Assembly (NCBI GenBank): GCA_027486335.1 | Contig: JAIXPK010000571.1 | Span: 1 to 55,096, forward strand | Length of the DNA stretch: 55,096 nt | Reading direction: 5' to 3' | DNA from: Verrucomicrobiaceae bacterium | Lineage (GTDB): Bacteria > Verrucomicrobiota > Verrucomicrobiia > Verrucomicrobiales > V1-33 | In this document: piece after piece, positions 39,097-48,338 of the stretch | Layout: every line of letters begins with the position of its first letter | Position numbering within the stretch: the first letter of the stretch is position 1 | The notes under the pieces: model-generated | Told to the model about the DNA's origin: nothing | Database searches by the model: none | What the model saw: only the letters and a program-made list of their open reading frames with translations | Program-made: the position numbers and the translations under genes

Positions 39097-40785
39097 ATGT
39101 CCGCCTCACGCCCCATCTTCTCCCGTAGCGACCGCGTCGTCGCCATCGTCGGCCGCCCCAATGTCGGTAAATCCGCCCTCTTCAACCGCCTCGCCGGCCG
39201 CCGCATCGCCATCGTCCACGACCGCCCCGGCGTCACCCGCGACCGCCTCTCCGCCAGTCTCAAAGACGCTTCCTTCCCCATCTCCATCATGGACACCGGC
39301 GGCATCGGAGCCACTCTTGACGACGACTTCGGCACCATCGTCCGCGCCGAAGCAGACATCGCCATCACCGCCGCCGACCTCATCGTCTTCGTCGTCGACG
39401 CCCTCTCCGGCATGCACCCCATCGACCAGAGCGTCGCCGAAAAACTCCGCCGCCAGGGCAAACCCGTCATCCTCGGCATCAATAAAGCCGACGACCCAAA
39501 ACACGATCTCGTCTCCGCCGATTTCGCCCGCCTCGGCTTCAAAACCGTCCGCAGCTTCAGCGCGGAACACGGCCGCGGCATCCCCCAGCTCATCGACGCC
39601 ATCGAATCCACCCTCGGCCCACCCGCCGAACCCGCAGACCCAGACGCCGAAGACTACGACCCCAACGCCGACCCGCGCTGCGTCCGCCTCGCCATCGTCG
39701 GCCGCCCCAACGTCGGCAAATCCTCCCTCTTCAACGCCATCCTCGACGACGAACGCGCCATCGTCAGCGAAGTCGCAGGCACCACCCGCGACGCCGTCGA
39801 CTCCTTCTACAACCACCGCGGCCACCCGTTCCTCCTCATGGACACCGCAGGCATCCGCCGCCAGGCCAAGGTCGATGACGCCGTCGAATCCTACTCCGTC
39901 CGCCGCGCCGAACGCAGCATCCGCCGCGCCGACATCGTCGCCCTCGTCGTCGACGCCGCCCGCGGCGTCACCGCCCAGGAACGCAAAATCGCCTCCATCA
40001 TCGTCGAAGAAAACAAACCCTGTCTCATCGTCGCCAATAAATTCGACCTCTACCACCCAGACGGCGAAATGAAGGCCCGTCTCGAGGAACTCGAATCCCA
40101 CGTCCGTCGCGAACTCTTCTTCCTCCACTACGCCCCTCTCGTCGCCGTCTCCGCCAAATCCCGCGACCGTCTCGGCAAAATCTTCGGAGCCGTCGACAAG
40201 GTCCGCGCCGCCAGCGACTCCCAACTCGGCACCGGTGCCTTCAACCGCCTCCTCCAGGAAGCCATCACCCGCACCCCTCCACCAGCCATCGGCGGCAAAC
40301 GCTTCAAACTCTTCTACGCCACTCTCGCACGCGAAGAAAAACAACGCCCCATCATCGCCCCGCGCCTCGTCCTCTTCGTCAATCACGAGAGTCTCATGAC
40401 CCCAACCTACCGGCGCTACCTCGAAAACACCGTCCGCGCCCAGATGACCTACGAAGGCCTCCCCATCCGCTTCGATGTCCGCGAACGCGAACAACGTAAA
40501 GCCCGCCGCACCGAAAAAGACCCTCACGTCAGAGACCCGGACGAAGACGCCGCCGCCTCCCACGACGAGGCCTCCACCAAAGACTCCCCCAACACCCGCC
40601 GCAGCAAGGGCCCCGCTCGCACCGCCCCGCGCCCGTCCCGCAAACAGGCCGCCGCTCGCGACGCCTCCTCCGCTCGCAAAACCCCCAAGAAAAAACGCCC
40701 TTCCTCCCAGAAGGTCCCCAAATCCCAGCGCCGCGACCGCGCCAAAAAGAAAACCGCCCGCCGCGGCGCAGGCCGCAACCGCTAA
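39097..40785 (+). CDS. der: ribosome biogenesis GTPase Der (EngA) with basic C-terminal extension
   Basis: Two GRPNVGKS P-loops, DTGG/DTAG, NKAD/NKFD, KH-like domain; start at ATG 39097. Confidence 0.97.
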   Translation: MSASRPIFSRSDRVVAIVGRPNVGKSALFNRLAGRRIAIVHDRPGVTRDRLSASLKDASFPISIMDTGGIGATLDDDFGTIVRAEADIAITAADLIVFVVDALSGMHPIDQSVAEKLRRQGKPVILGINKADDPKHDLVSADFARLGFKTVRSFSAEHGRGIPQLIDAIESTLGPPAEPADPDAEDYDPNADPRCVRLAIVGRPNVGKSSLFNAILDDERAIVSEVAGTTRDAVDSFYNHRGHPFLLMDTAGIRRQAKVDDAVESYSVRRAERSIRRADIVALVVDAARGVTAQERKIASIIVEENKPCLIVANKFDLYHPDGEMKARLEELESHVRRELFFLHYAPLVAVSAKSRDRLGKIFGAVDKVRAASDSQLGTGAFNRLLQEAITRTPPPAIGGKRFKLFYATLAREEKQRPIIAPRLVLFVNHESLMTPTYRRYLENTVRAQMTYEGLPIRFDVREREQRKARRTEKDPHVRDPDEDAAASHDEASTKDSPNTRRSKGPARTAPRPSRKQAAARDASSARKTPKKKRPSSQKVPKSQRRDRAKKKTARRGAGRNR

Positions 40786-40802
40786 CACGCTTCCCCCCTC
40801 AC

Positions 40803-40842
40803 AAAAAACCGCGGCCGCCGGGATCTCTCCCCGCGGCCGCGG
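40803..40842 (-). terminator. intrinsic terminator for the 40866-43862 gene
   Basis: Stem CCGCGGCCGC...GCGGCCGCGG followed by T6 on the minus strand, between convergent genes. Confidence 0.75.
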
Positions 40843-40865
40843 CCATTTCATCCTAGCGCTTCAGC

Positions 40866-43862
40866 TCAGTTCAATCGCTTCACACGGTAGAACAGCGACC
40901 CCGCTCCCGCAGGCGCCGTCGTGTCCGTATAGCTCGTCGTCCCAGCCTGACCTGCCACCGTCCCCGGCAGCGTCGTCCACGATCCAGGCGTCGTCCCGCG
41001 CTGAATCTCATACGTCCCGCCCACCACCGACTCAAACGTCAGCGCCACACTACCAGGCGTCGGCACCGCAATCGTCAGCACCCGGAACGCCGGAAACGCC
41101 GGCGGCATCAGCGACACCACCCCGTTCGTCTTGATCTGCTCAATCGTCGCCGCCGAAAGCGAATCGCGGAACACCGCCACATCGTCAATCCGGCCCGTGA
41201 AGTAGAAGTTCAACCCGTCGTCCTGACCAGCCCCGATGTGCAGCATCTCACTCTCCGTCGTCCCGTTCGGACTGTACAACGGCGCCGTCCCAGTCGCCGT
41301 CGCCGCAACCAACCCATTCAGATACAGGGTCTTCGTGTTCGTCAGCGCATCGTACACCAGCGCAACATGCACCCACTCCCCAGCCGTCACCGCAGGCCCA
41401 TTCAGCGTGCTCCAGCCCGGATCCCCGTCCCCCGTCCAGAAGCTCCACGAACCACCATTATCATTGTACAGAATGTACCCGTGCGTCTGCACCCCGAACT
41501 GATAGTCGTCACGGCTCGTGATCGGCGACGCAAAATTCCCGCCAGCCGTGTCCGGCAGTGTCCACATCGTCACCGTGAAACTGTCAGGATTCAACTCCGG
41601 ACTGAACGGCACATCAAACCGCGAGAACCCGTCAAACTGCATCGCCCCACGCGTCGCAGCATTCGCACCCTCAATCGGCAGCGGCGTCCCAGCCGCCACC
41701 CCGTCATGCCCGTTCCCCGTCGCATCGCGCCCGTCCTCATCCAATGGCCACCACGCAGCCAGCGGATTCGCCACCACCACCTTCGCCACCACCGGAATCA
41801 CCACGCTCGGGCGCAGCGGATCATTCGACGTCCCCCGCAACACCGCACGGAAAATCCCGTCCTTCCCGCCACTGTCCAACCCAAGCACCAGATTCGCCGT
41901 CGACTTCGCTGCCACCGGGCTCGGGTTCGTCACCACACTGAAACTCGCCGCCTGCGGCCCCGTAAACGAGATGTCAGTCAGACTCAATCCTAGCGTCTCA
42001 CCCTCGTTCCCCACCACCACAGAAAACGGCTGCACCCCAGTCACCACCGGCAGCGGCCCCGCTGCAATCGTCGCCGCAATCGCCAGCGAAGGATTCTGCA
42101 CCACCCCGTCCAACCGCACCGTCGTCACAGGAGTCAACGGATCATTGCTGTTCACCGTGAACGTCGTGTCGAAGATCCCAGAAGTCGTCCCAGGCGTGAA
42201 CGTGTACCCCACCACTCCCGTCGCCCCAGGAGCCAACGTCGCAGGAAATGACGTCACCGTCAGCAGCGACGCATTCGCTCCACCTGGCACCACCGACGCA
42301 ATATTCAATGTCCGCGTCAGCCCCGCATTCGTGATCTCAAACGTCCCCGTTACCGCCGCTCCCTTCGTCGTCACCGGAATCGTCTTCGGAGCAGACACCT
42401 GCGGATCCACCGTCGGCGTCACCTCAAATGCCACTTCCCCAAAACCAACCCGATCCCCACCAGGCGCAATCCCCGTCGGCCCATGGTTCGTCAACGGCGT
42501 CAACTCAACATACCGCGCACGCACCAGTCGCCCGAACCCAATGCTCTGACGCTCCAATGCCCCGAACGGCAGCACCAGCTCCGGCGCATACCCAATCGAT
42601 AGCCCAAACCCAGTCGGACCATCCGCCGCAGTCGCAAACCGCAGCCGGAAATCCTTCATCCCATTCGAATTCCCAGTCGAATACCCCCACAAACTGATCT
42701 CCGCAAGCAACCGATCCTCGCCAAGATCAATCGTGAACACCGGCGACGGAACCGGCAACGGCTCAAAATAATTGCTCGGAAATCCCCACGGCGCATTCGT
42801 CACCCACAACATCACATCACCGCCACCAGGCAGCGCATTGTGCGGAGCCAGCGCATCAAACCCGACCGCAGGCCCCTGAATCAGGTTCCCCTCTGGAAAC
42901 AAATCCGTCCCCTGCGTCGTCCCCGTCAGCGACAAGATCGGATAAAACTCAGACGGCTGCTGCACCCGCACCGTCACAACTTCCGGCGACGCCGGATCAT
43001 TGCTCGCGATCGTCATCGTCGCCTCCATCTTCTTAGGCTGCCCCGCAGGATTCACCGTGATCGTCAGCGCCCCCGTCTCCAGCACCCCCAGCGGTCCAGG
43101 CAGCGACTTCACAGAAAACGCCGCCGCATTTGCTCCACTGAACGTCGCACTCGTCACCACCAATGGCGTCAACCCACCGTTCCCCACCGTCACCACAAAA
43201 TCCTCAGGACCTCCCGTGTTCGCATAAAACGTCGCCGTCGCAGGCGTGTCTAATGTCGCATTGGTCGAGACCTTCCGATCCTCAAACGCAATTTCCCCAA
43301 GCCCCACACGGTCCCCTCCAGGCCCGCCACCAGGCACCTGGAAAAAATTGTCCGTCGGCACCAACTCCACATACCTCGCCGTCACCACCTGCGAAAACGC
43401 AAGGCTCTGCCGCGGGGTCTGCGGCCTCGTGATCGTAAACGTCGGATTGTACCCCACAGACAACCCAAACCCGTTCGGCCCGTCCGCCGCCGTCGCAAAC
43501 CGCAGCGAAAACATCATCGCCCCATTCGCATTCCCATCCGAATACCCCCACGCACTGATCTCCGTCAGCTCACGGTTCTGCCCCAAATCGAACACCAATC
43601 GCGGCGACACCGCCGGCAACGGATTGAAATAATCCCCACTCCCCCCATTCGGCGCATTCGTCACCCACGTCTGCCCGCTCGTCCGATTGTGCGGCTCTAC
43701 CGCCTGAAACCCAATCCCAGGCCCCTCAATCAATCGCACCGCAGGAAAAAAATCTGTCGCCGATGTCGCCGACGTCACCGACGTGATCGGAAAAAAGGTG
43801 TCCGCCTGCACCGCTCCCGCGGCCAGCAGCGCCAGCATGGCTGATATTCGTTTTAGCTTCAT
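40866..43862 (-). CDS. secreted multidomain protein: two discoidin-like modules, three Ig-like (ASH / choice-of-anchor D) domains, LamG
   Basis: Signal peptide; duplicated module (FDLG...EIS-x-WGYS...RFATAADGP...ARYVEL...GGDRVG); SNDP repeats; LamG (AWWPLDE, WVHVALVYD, LYLNG, FTGRIDDVAVF). Confidence 0.85.
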   Translation of the reverse strand: MKLKRISAMLALLAAGAVQADTFFPITSVTSATSATDFFPAVRLIEGPGIGFQAVEPHNRTSGQTWVTNAPNGGSGDYFNPLPAVSPRLVFDLGQNRELTEISAWGYSDGNANGAMMFSLRFATAADGPNGFGLSVGYNPTFTITRPQTPRQSLAFSQVVTARYVELVPTDNFFQVPGGGPGGDRVGLGEIAFEDRKVSTNATLDTPATATFYANTGGPEDFVVTVGNGGLTPLVVTSATFSGANAAAFSVKSLPGPLGVLETGALTITVNPAGQPKKMEATMTIASNDPASPEVVTVRVQQPSEFYPILSLTGTTQGTDLFPEGNLIQGPAVGFDALAPHNALPGGGDVMLWVTNAPWGFPSNYFEPLPVPSPVFTIDLGEDRLLAEISLWGYSTGNSNGMKDFRLRFATAADGPTGFGLSIGYAPELVLPFGALERQSIGFGRLVRARYVELTPLTNHGPTGIAPGGDRVGFGEVAFEVTPTVDPQVSAPKTIPVTTKGAAVTGTFEITNAGLTRTLNIASVVPGGANASLLTVTSFPATLAPGATGVVGYTFTPGTTSGIFDTTFTVNSNDPLTPVTTVRLDGVVQNPSLAIAATIAAGPLPVVTGVQPFSVVVGNEGETLGLSLTDISFTGPQAASFSVVTNPSPVAAKSTANLVLGLDSGGKDGIFRAVLRGTSNDPLRPSVVIPVVAKVVVANPLAAWWPLDEDGRDATGNGHDGVAAGTPLPIEGANAATRGAMQFDGFSRFDVPFSPELNPDSFTVTMWTLPDTAGGNFASPITSRDDYQFGVQTHGYILYNDNGGSWSFWTGDGDPGWSTLNGPAVTAGEWVHVALVYDALTNTKTLYLNGLVAATATGTAPLYSPNGTTESEMLHIGAGQDDGLNFYFTGRIDDVAVFRDSLSAATIEQIKTNGVVSLMPPAFPAFRVLTIAVPTPGSVALTFESVVGGTYEIQRGTTPGSWTTLPGTVAGQAGTTSYTDTTAPAGAGSLFYRVKRLN

Positions 43863-44121
43863 AGAGTTGTTTGGTGGTGGATGGTCGATTTCAGCAGATG
43901 GGTTTCAGCAAAATCCGAACGGCCGCTACCTGCGTCCATTCCGATCCGCTTCGCCCCACTGCCGCAGGAATAATGCCTCAGACACCGATTTTCCCGCAAG
44001 CTTTCTCCACCTCCACTTCGCCCCCCTCGCCACCCGGAAAAAGTTCGCACAGACCGCAGAAACCACTTGCAATCCCTCGCTTCTGAACGATTGGATTGGC
44101 CCGCCGGAAAACGGCCGGAGT

Positions 44122-44196
44122 GACCTCTTCGTCTAGCGGTTAGGACATCGCCCTTTCACGGCGAGTGCACGGGTTCGATTCCCGTAGAGGTCGCCA
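44122..44196 (+). tRNA. tRNA-Glu(TTC)
   Basis: Acceptor stem GACCTCT/AGAGGTC; anticodon arm TCGCC-CTTTCAC-GGCGA; GGTTCGATTCC; encoded CCA. Confidence 0.96.
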
Positions 44197-44255
44197 CTTT
44201 CTTCACCGAGTGGCCACAACCCCAACGCACTAGGCTGCGTTTGAGCACACCCCCC

Positions 44256-44278
44256 GTAGCAAGGGCGTCCCGCCCTTG
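44256..44278 (+). repeat. GTAG-type REP-like palindrome
   Basis: GTAG-CAAGGGC-GTCCC-GCCCTTG: GTAG followed by a perfect 7-bp stem, intergenic; single copy seen. Confidence 0.5.
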
Positions 44279-44367
44279 TCTCCGATTAAGCCAACCGCCA
44301 CGCACCACCTCCCCATCGGCCCTGTCTTCGACCACGCGCCGACCTAGGGACGTGCTCCCGCACGTCA

Positions 44368-45150
44368 TCACCCCCCCAGAAACCCAGTCAGCGGACTCGT
44401 CGCACTCGCCGCATCCCCAACCATCGGCAACCCAGCCTCCCAAGCCTCCCGCCCAGCCCTCACCGCATCCCGAAACGCCCGCGCAATCCGCACAGGATCC
44501 CCCGCCGCCGCAATCGCCGTATTCACCAGCACCGCGTCCGCTCCCATCTCCATCGCCTCCGCCGCATGACTCGGCGCACCCAGCCCCGCATCGATCACCA
44601 CCGGCACACTCGCCTGCTCAATGATGATCTCAATCTGCCGCCGGGTCTCAATCCCACGGTTCGTCCCGATCGGCGACCCTAACGGCATCACCGTCGCCGT
44701 CCCGATGTCCTGCAACCGCCTCGCCAGCACCGGATCAGCATTGATGTACGGCAGCACCGTGAACCCCTCCCGCACCAGCACCTCCGCCGCCTTGAACGTC
44801 TCAATCGGATCCGGCAGCAGATACCGCGGGTCAGGATGAATCTCCAGCTTCACCCACGCCGGCAACCCAGCCGCCACCGCCAGTCGCGCCAGCCGAACCG
44901 CCTCCTCCGCCGTCTGCGCCCCGCTCGTATTCGGCAGCAGCAAGTACCGCCGTCCATCAAGGTGCTCCAGAATGTCCGCAAACGGATCGTTCCCACCACT
45001 CAAATCCGCCCTCCGCAACGCCACCGTCACAATCTCCGTCCCGCTCGCCTCCAGCGCTTCCTTCATCAACCCCGGCGACGCAAACTTCCCAGTCCCGGTC
45101 ATCAACCGCGACCCGAACGCCCGCCCTGCAATAGTTAGTGTCTCAGCCAC
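44368..45150 (-). CDS. thiG: thiazole synthase
   Basis: [62 protein letters not shown]; GTG start at 45150 inferred. Confidence 0.96.
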   Translation of the reverse strand: MAETLTIAGRAFGSRLMTGTGKFASPGLMKEALEASGTEIVTVALRRADLSGGNDPFADILEHLDGRRYLLLPNTSGAQTAEEAVRLARLAVAAGLPAWVKLEIHPDPRYLLPDPIETFKAAEVLVREGFTVLPYINADPVLARRLQDIGTATVMPLGSPIGTNRGIETRRQIEIIIEQASVPVVIDAGLGAPSHAAEAMEMGADAVLVNTAIAAAGDPVRIARAFRDAVRAGREAWEAGLPMVGDAASATSPLTGFLGG

Positions 45151-45158
45151 AGCAGCAC

Positions 45159-46010
45159 TCAGATACAAACCCGACGGAACAACTCATCCAGCGGCAGCTG
45201 AATCCCTATCAGAAAATCCCCGAACTCCGCAAACCGCGCACTCACTTCATCAAACCGCATCTCATACACAATCGACTTAATCTGATAGGTATCGTGCGCA
45301 AACAGCGTCACCCCCCACTCATACTCATCCAATCCCGTCGACCCCGTGATGAGCTGCCTCACCTTCCCGTGATACTTCCGGCCCGTGATCGCATGCCCGC
45401 CCATCAGCTTCCGCCGCTCCGCAAACGGCAGCGCATACCAGTTGTTCCCGTCATTCCGCCGCTTCGACATCCCGTAAAAACAGAATACCGGCCAGTCCGG
45501 CATGTTCGGATACACCCGGTCCTGCCGGTACTTCGACATGTGCTGATGAAACACCGCCATCTCCGCCTCAAACTCAGGCGTCCCCGCCGCAAAACCCTTC
45601 TCCGCCGTAATCTTCGCCCCCTGCTCCTCCTCCGTCATCGAATACTCCGTCCACTCCGTCATCGAAAAATACGAATACACCGGACTCAGCACATCCGCCC
45701 CCATCGCCAGCGTCAGCCGCTTCTCAAACGCATTCGCCGTATTCAAATCCGGCGTCAGCAGCATGAACCCCAGATCCGCCTTCGGACTCACCATCGAAAA
45801 ATGCAGCACCTGCGTCTGCGGCATCGCCCGATACTCCTGCACCAGCTTCGTCAGCTTCGTCTTCGCACGCATCTGCTCGTCGCGCCCCATCGCCTCCCAC
45901 TGCGACCGCTCAATCCGGTAAAATAAATGCAGCACATGCCAGCCTTCCTGCGGCACCAGCGCCGGGGCCTTCACTGCAGCAGTTTTAGAAAGAGAAACAG
46001 GATCACTCAC
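45159..46010 (-). CDS. chdC: coproheme decarboxylase (HemQ; chlorite-dismutase superfamily)
   Basis: [65 protein letters not shown]; GTG start at 46010 inferred. Confidence 0.8.
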   Translation of the reverse strand: MSDPVSLSKTAAVKAPALVPQEGWHVLHLFYRIERSQWEAMGRDEQMRAKTKLTKLVQEYRAMPQTQVLHFSMVSPKADLGFMLLTPDLNTANAFEKRLTLAMGADVLSPVYSYFSMTEWTEYSMTEEEQGAKITAEKGFAAGTPEFEAEMAVFHQHMSKYRQDRVYPNMPDWPVFCFYGMSKRRNDGNNWYALPFAERRKLMGGHAITGRKYHGKVRQLITGSTGLDEYEWGVTLFAHDTYQIKSIVYEMRFDEVSARFAEFGDFLIGIQLPLDELFRRVCI

Positions 46011-46172
46011 AGCTTTGTTCTTGGTTTGCGGGGATTCACCTCCTCTCTCCGGGTGCCGCCGCCGCTCTGCAACCGTATTAGACGCGCCTCCCCTTCTTCT
46101 CCCCATCCCCTCCCCCTCCGCCAACCCGGCCCTTTTCCACCCGCCCCACCCGTGCCACCCGTTCCTCTTCCC

Positions 46173-47075
46173 ATGACCCACCCCCAACTCTCGGCCATCC
46201 TCTCCTCAGGCGCCGCCATCGATCTCTCTCCACACCTCCGTCTCCGCTTCTCCGGCTCAGACCGCCTCCGCTACCTCAACGGCCAACTCACCAACGACGT
46301 CGCCAAGGCCTCCCCAAACCTCATCCTCCCAGCCGCCGTCACCAACCTCAAGGGCCGCCTCGAAGCCATCGTCCACCTCCACTCCTCCCCAGACGCCATC
46401 TTCCTCGACGCCCCAGCCTCCCTCCGCGACTCTCTCCCTCCTCGTCTCGAAAAATACATCATCGCCGACGATGTCGCCGTCGACGATCTCTCGGACTCCA
46501 CCTCTCTCATCCACATCGCCGGTCGCTCCCCAGTCCAACTCACCCCTCTCCTCTCGGAAACCGAACACGCCATCGCCCACCCGCGCTTCGGCATCCCCGG
46601 CACCGACATCTGGTCCACCCCAGACCGTCTCGAGTTCTGGCTCGCCCAATTCCCCGCCCTCTCCCCATCCGACGCCGCCAACCTCATGGTCCTCCACGCC
46701 ATCCCCGACTGGGACCGCGACCTCTCCGACGGCATCCTCCCACCCGAGGCCCGCATGGAATCCACCCACATCGACTACCACAAGGGCTGCTACATCGGCC
46801 AGGAAGTCATCAGTCGCATGCGCACCGCCGGAAAAACCAACCGTCTCCTCGTCCCCGTCCGCATCCCCGACGCCATCCCCTCCCAAGGCTCGCAACTCTT
46901 CCTCCCGGACGCCCCCGACTCCCCAGTCGGCACGCTCTCCAGCACCGGCCCCCACCCCGACGGCGGCGCCATCGCCCTCGCATGGCTCCGCCGCGACGCC
47001 GGCCCCGGCCCATGGTCCTGTCTCCCCCCAGCCCCACTCGCCGCTCCTCCTTGTCTCGCCTCCCGCATCAGCTGA
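46173..47075 (+). CDS. YgfZ/GcvT-family folate-binding protein
   Basis: GSDRLRYLNGQLTNDV, LEKYIIADDV, signature KGCYIGQEVISR. Confidence 0.9.
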   Translation: MTHPQLSAILSSGAAIDLSPHLRLRFSGSDRLRYLNGQLTNDVAKASPNLILPAAVTNLKGRLEAIVHLHSSPDAIFLDAPASLRDSLPPRLEKYIIADDVAVDDLSDSTSLIHIAGRSPVQLTPLLSETEHAIAHPRFGIPGTDIWSTPDRLEFWLAQFPALSPSDAANLMVLHAIPDWDRDLSDGILPPEARMESTHIDYHKGCYIGQEVISRMRTAGKTNRLLVPVRIPDAIPSQGSQLFLPDAPDSPVGTLSSTGPHPDGGAIALAWLRRDAGPGPWSCLPPAPLAAPPCLASRIS

Positions 47076-47123
47076 CGCCCCTTCCTCCTCTTCCCCTCTC
47101 CACCCTTCACTCCCTCCCATCCC

Positions 47124-48197
47124 ATGACCAAACGCTGGAAAATCGCCGGTATCAACTTCGACCACTTCCACATGGGCGACCTCCTCCGCATGGCCCACAA
47201 CCACCCGGACGCCGAAATCACCGCCATCTGCGACCCCGACCCCGCCCGCATGGCCGACGCCCAGCGCAATTTCAACCTCCGCGACGACCAGCTCTTCACC
47301 GACCCCGCCGCCTGCCTCGACGCCACCCGCCCGGACCTCCTCATCCTCTGCCCAGCCGCCGCCCGTCACGCCGAATGGGTCGAACGCGTCGCCCCATGGG
47401 GCATCCCCGTCATGGTCGAAAAACCCTTCGCCGCCTCCGTCGCCGAAGCCGACCGCATGATCGCCGCCATGGCCGCCTCCAACGCCCCGCTCGCCATCAA
47501 TTGGCCCATCTGCTGGGTCCCCGCCCACGCCACCGCCCGACGTCTCGCCTCCGAAGGCCTCATCGGCACGCTCTCCGAAGTCCACTACTACGGCGGCAAC
47601 CGCGGCCCACTCTACCACGGCGCTGACAAAACCGAAAAGGAACCCTCCACCGCCGACAAGGCCGCCTCATGGTTCTACAAAGCCTCCGAAGGCGGCGGCT
47701 CTCTCCTCGACTACCTCGGCTACGGCGCAACCATCGCCACATGGTTCCTCAACGGCATCGCCCCACTCGAGGTCACCTGCGTCACCGCCGCCTCCGAAGG
47801 CCTCGAAGTCGACGAACACAGCATCACCATCGCACGCTATCCCTTCGGCCTCTGCCGCTTCGAAACCCGCTGGGGCACGTTCACCGACCCATGGACCCAT
47901 CAGCCCCAACCCAAGTGCGGCTTCATCCTCAAAGGCTCGGAAGGCACCATCGCCTCCTACGACTACGAACCCTCCATCCGCGTCCAGACACGCTCCCGAC
48001 CCGAAGGCTTCGATGTCCCCGCCGACTCCCTCGCCGCCCCCTTCCGCAATCCCGTCGAATACCTCATCCACTGTCTCTCCAATCACCTCCCCATCGAAGG
48101 CCCACTCTCCACCACCACCTCCCGCACCGGCCAACGCATCGTCGACACCGCCTTCCTCAGCGCCCTCCAGAAAAAAACGCTCCCGCTCGTCCCCTGA
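47124..48197 (+). CDS. Gfo/Idh/MocA-family oxidoreductase
   Basis: Rossmann-like N-terminus, VMVEKPFA, GGGSLLDYLGY. Confidence 0.9.
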   Translation: MTKRWKIAGINFDHFHMGDLLRMAHNHPDAEITAICDPDPARMADAQRNFNLRDDQLFTDPAACLDATRPDLLILCPAAARHAEWVERVAPWGIPVMVEKPFAASVAEADRMIAAMAASNAPLAINWPICWVPAHATARRLASEGLIGTLSEVHYYGGNRGPLYHGADKTEKEPSTADKAASWFYKASEGGGSLLDYLGYGATIATWFLNGIAPLEVTCVTAASEGLEVDEHSITIARYPFGLCRFETRWGTFTDPWTHQPQPKCGFILKGSEGTIASYDYEPSIRVQTRSRPEGFDVPADSLAAPFRNPVEYLIHCLSNHLPIEGPLSTTTSRTGQRIVDTAFLSALQKKTLPLVP

Positions 48198-48338
48198 CGC
48201 CCCACCCACGTTCCACAACCGTCCAGCAACACCGGATTCGGGAAACATTCGCGGACCCGCTTCCCGTAGACACCCGCCCCTCCCCGTGCTCCCTCACACC
48301 CCAGCACGTCTCCCAACCGCTCCCTTCCCCAGCACAGC

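Noticed and set aside
38832-44196. Segment between tRNA-Leu and tRNA-Glu as a tRNA-integrated island
   Set aside because: It contains der, has core-type skew, and shows no integrase or duplicated tRNA 3' end
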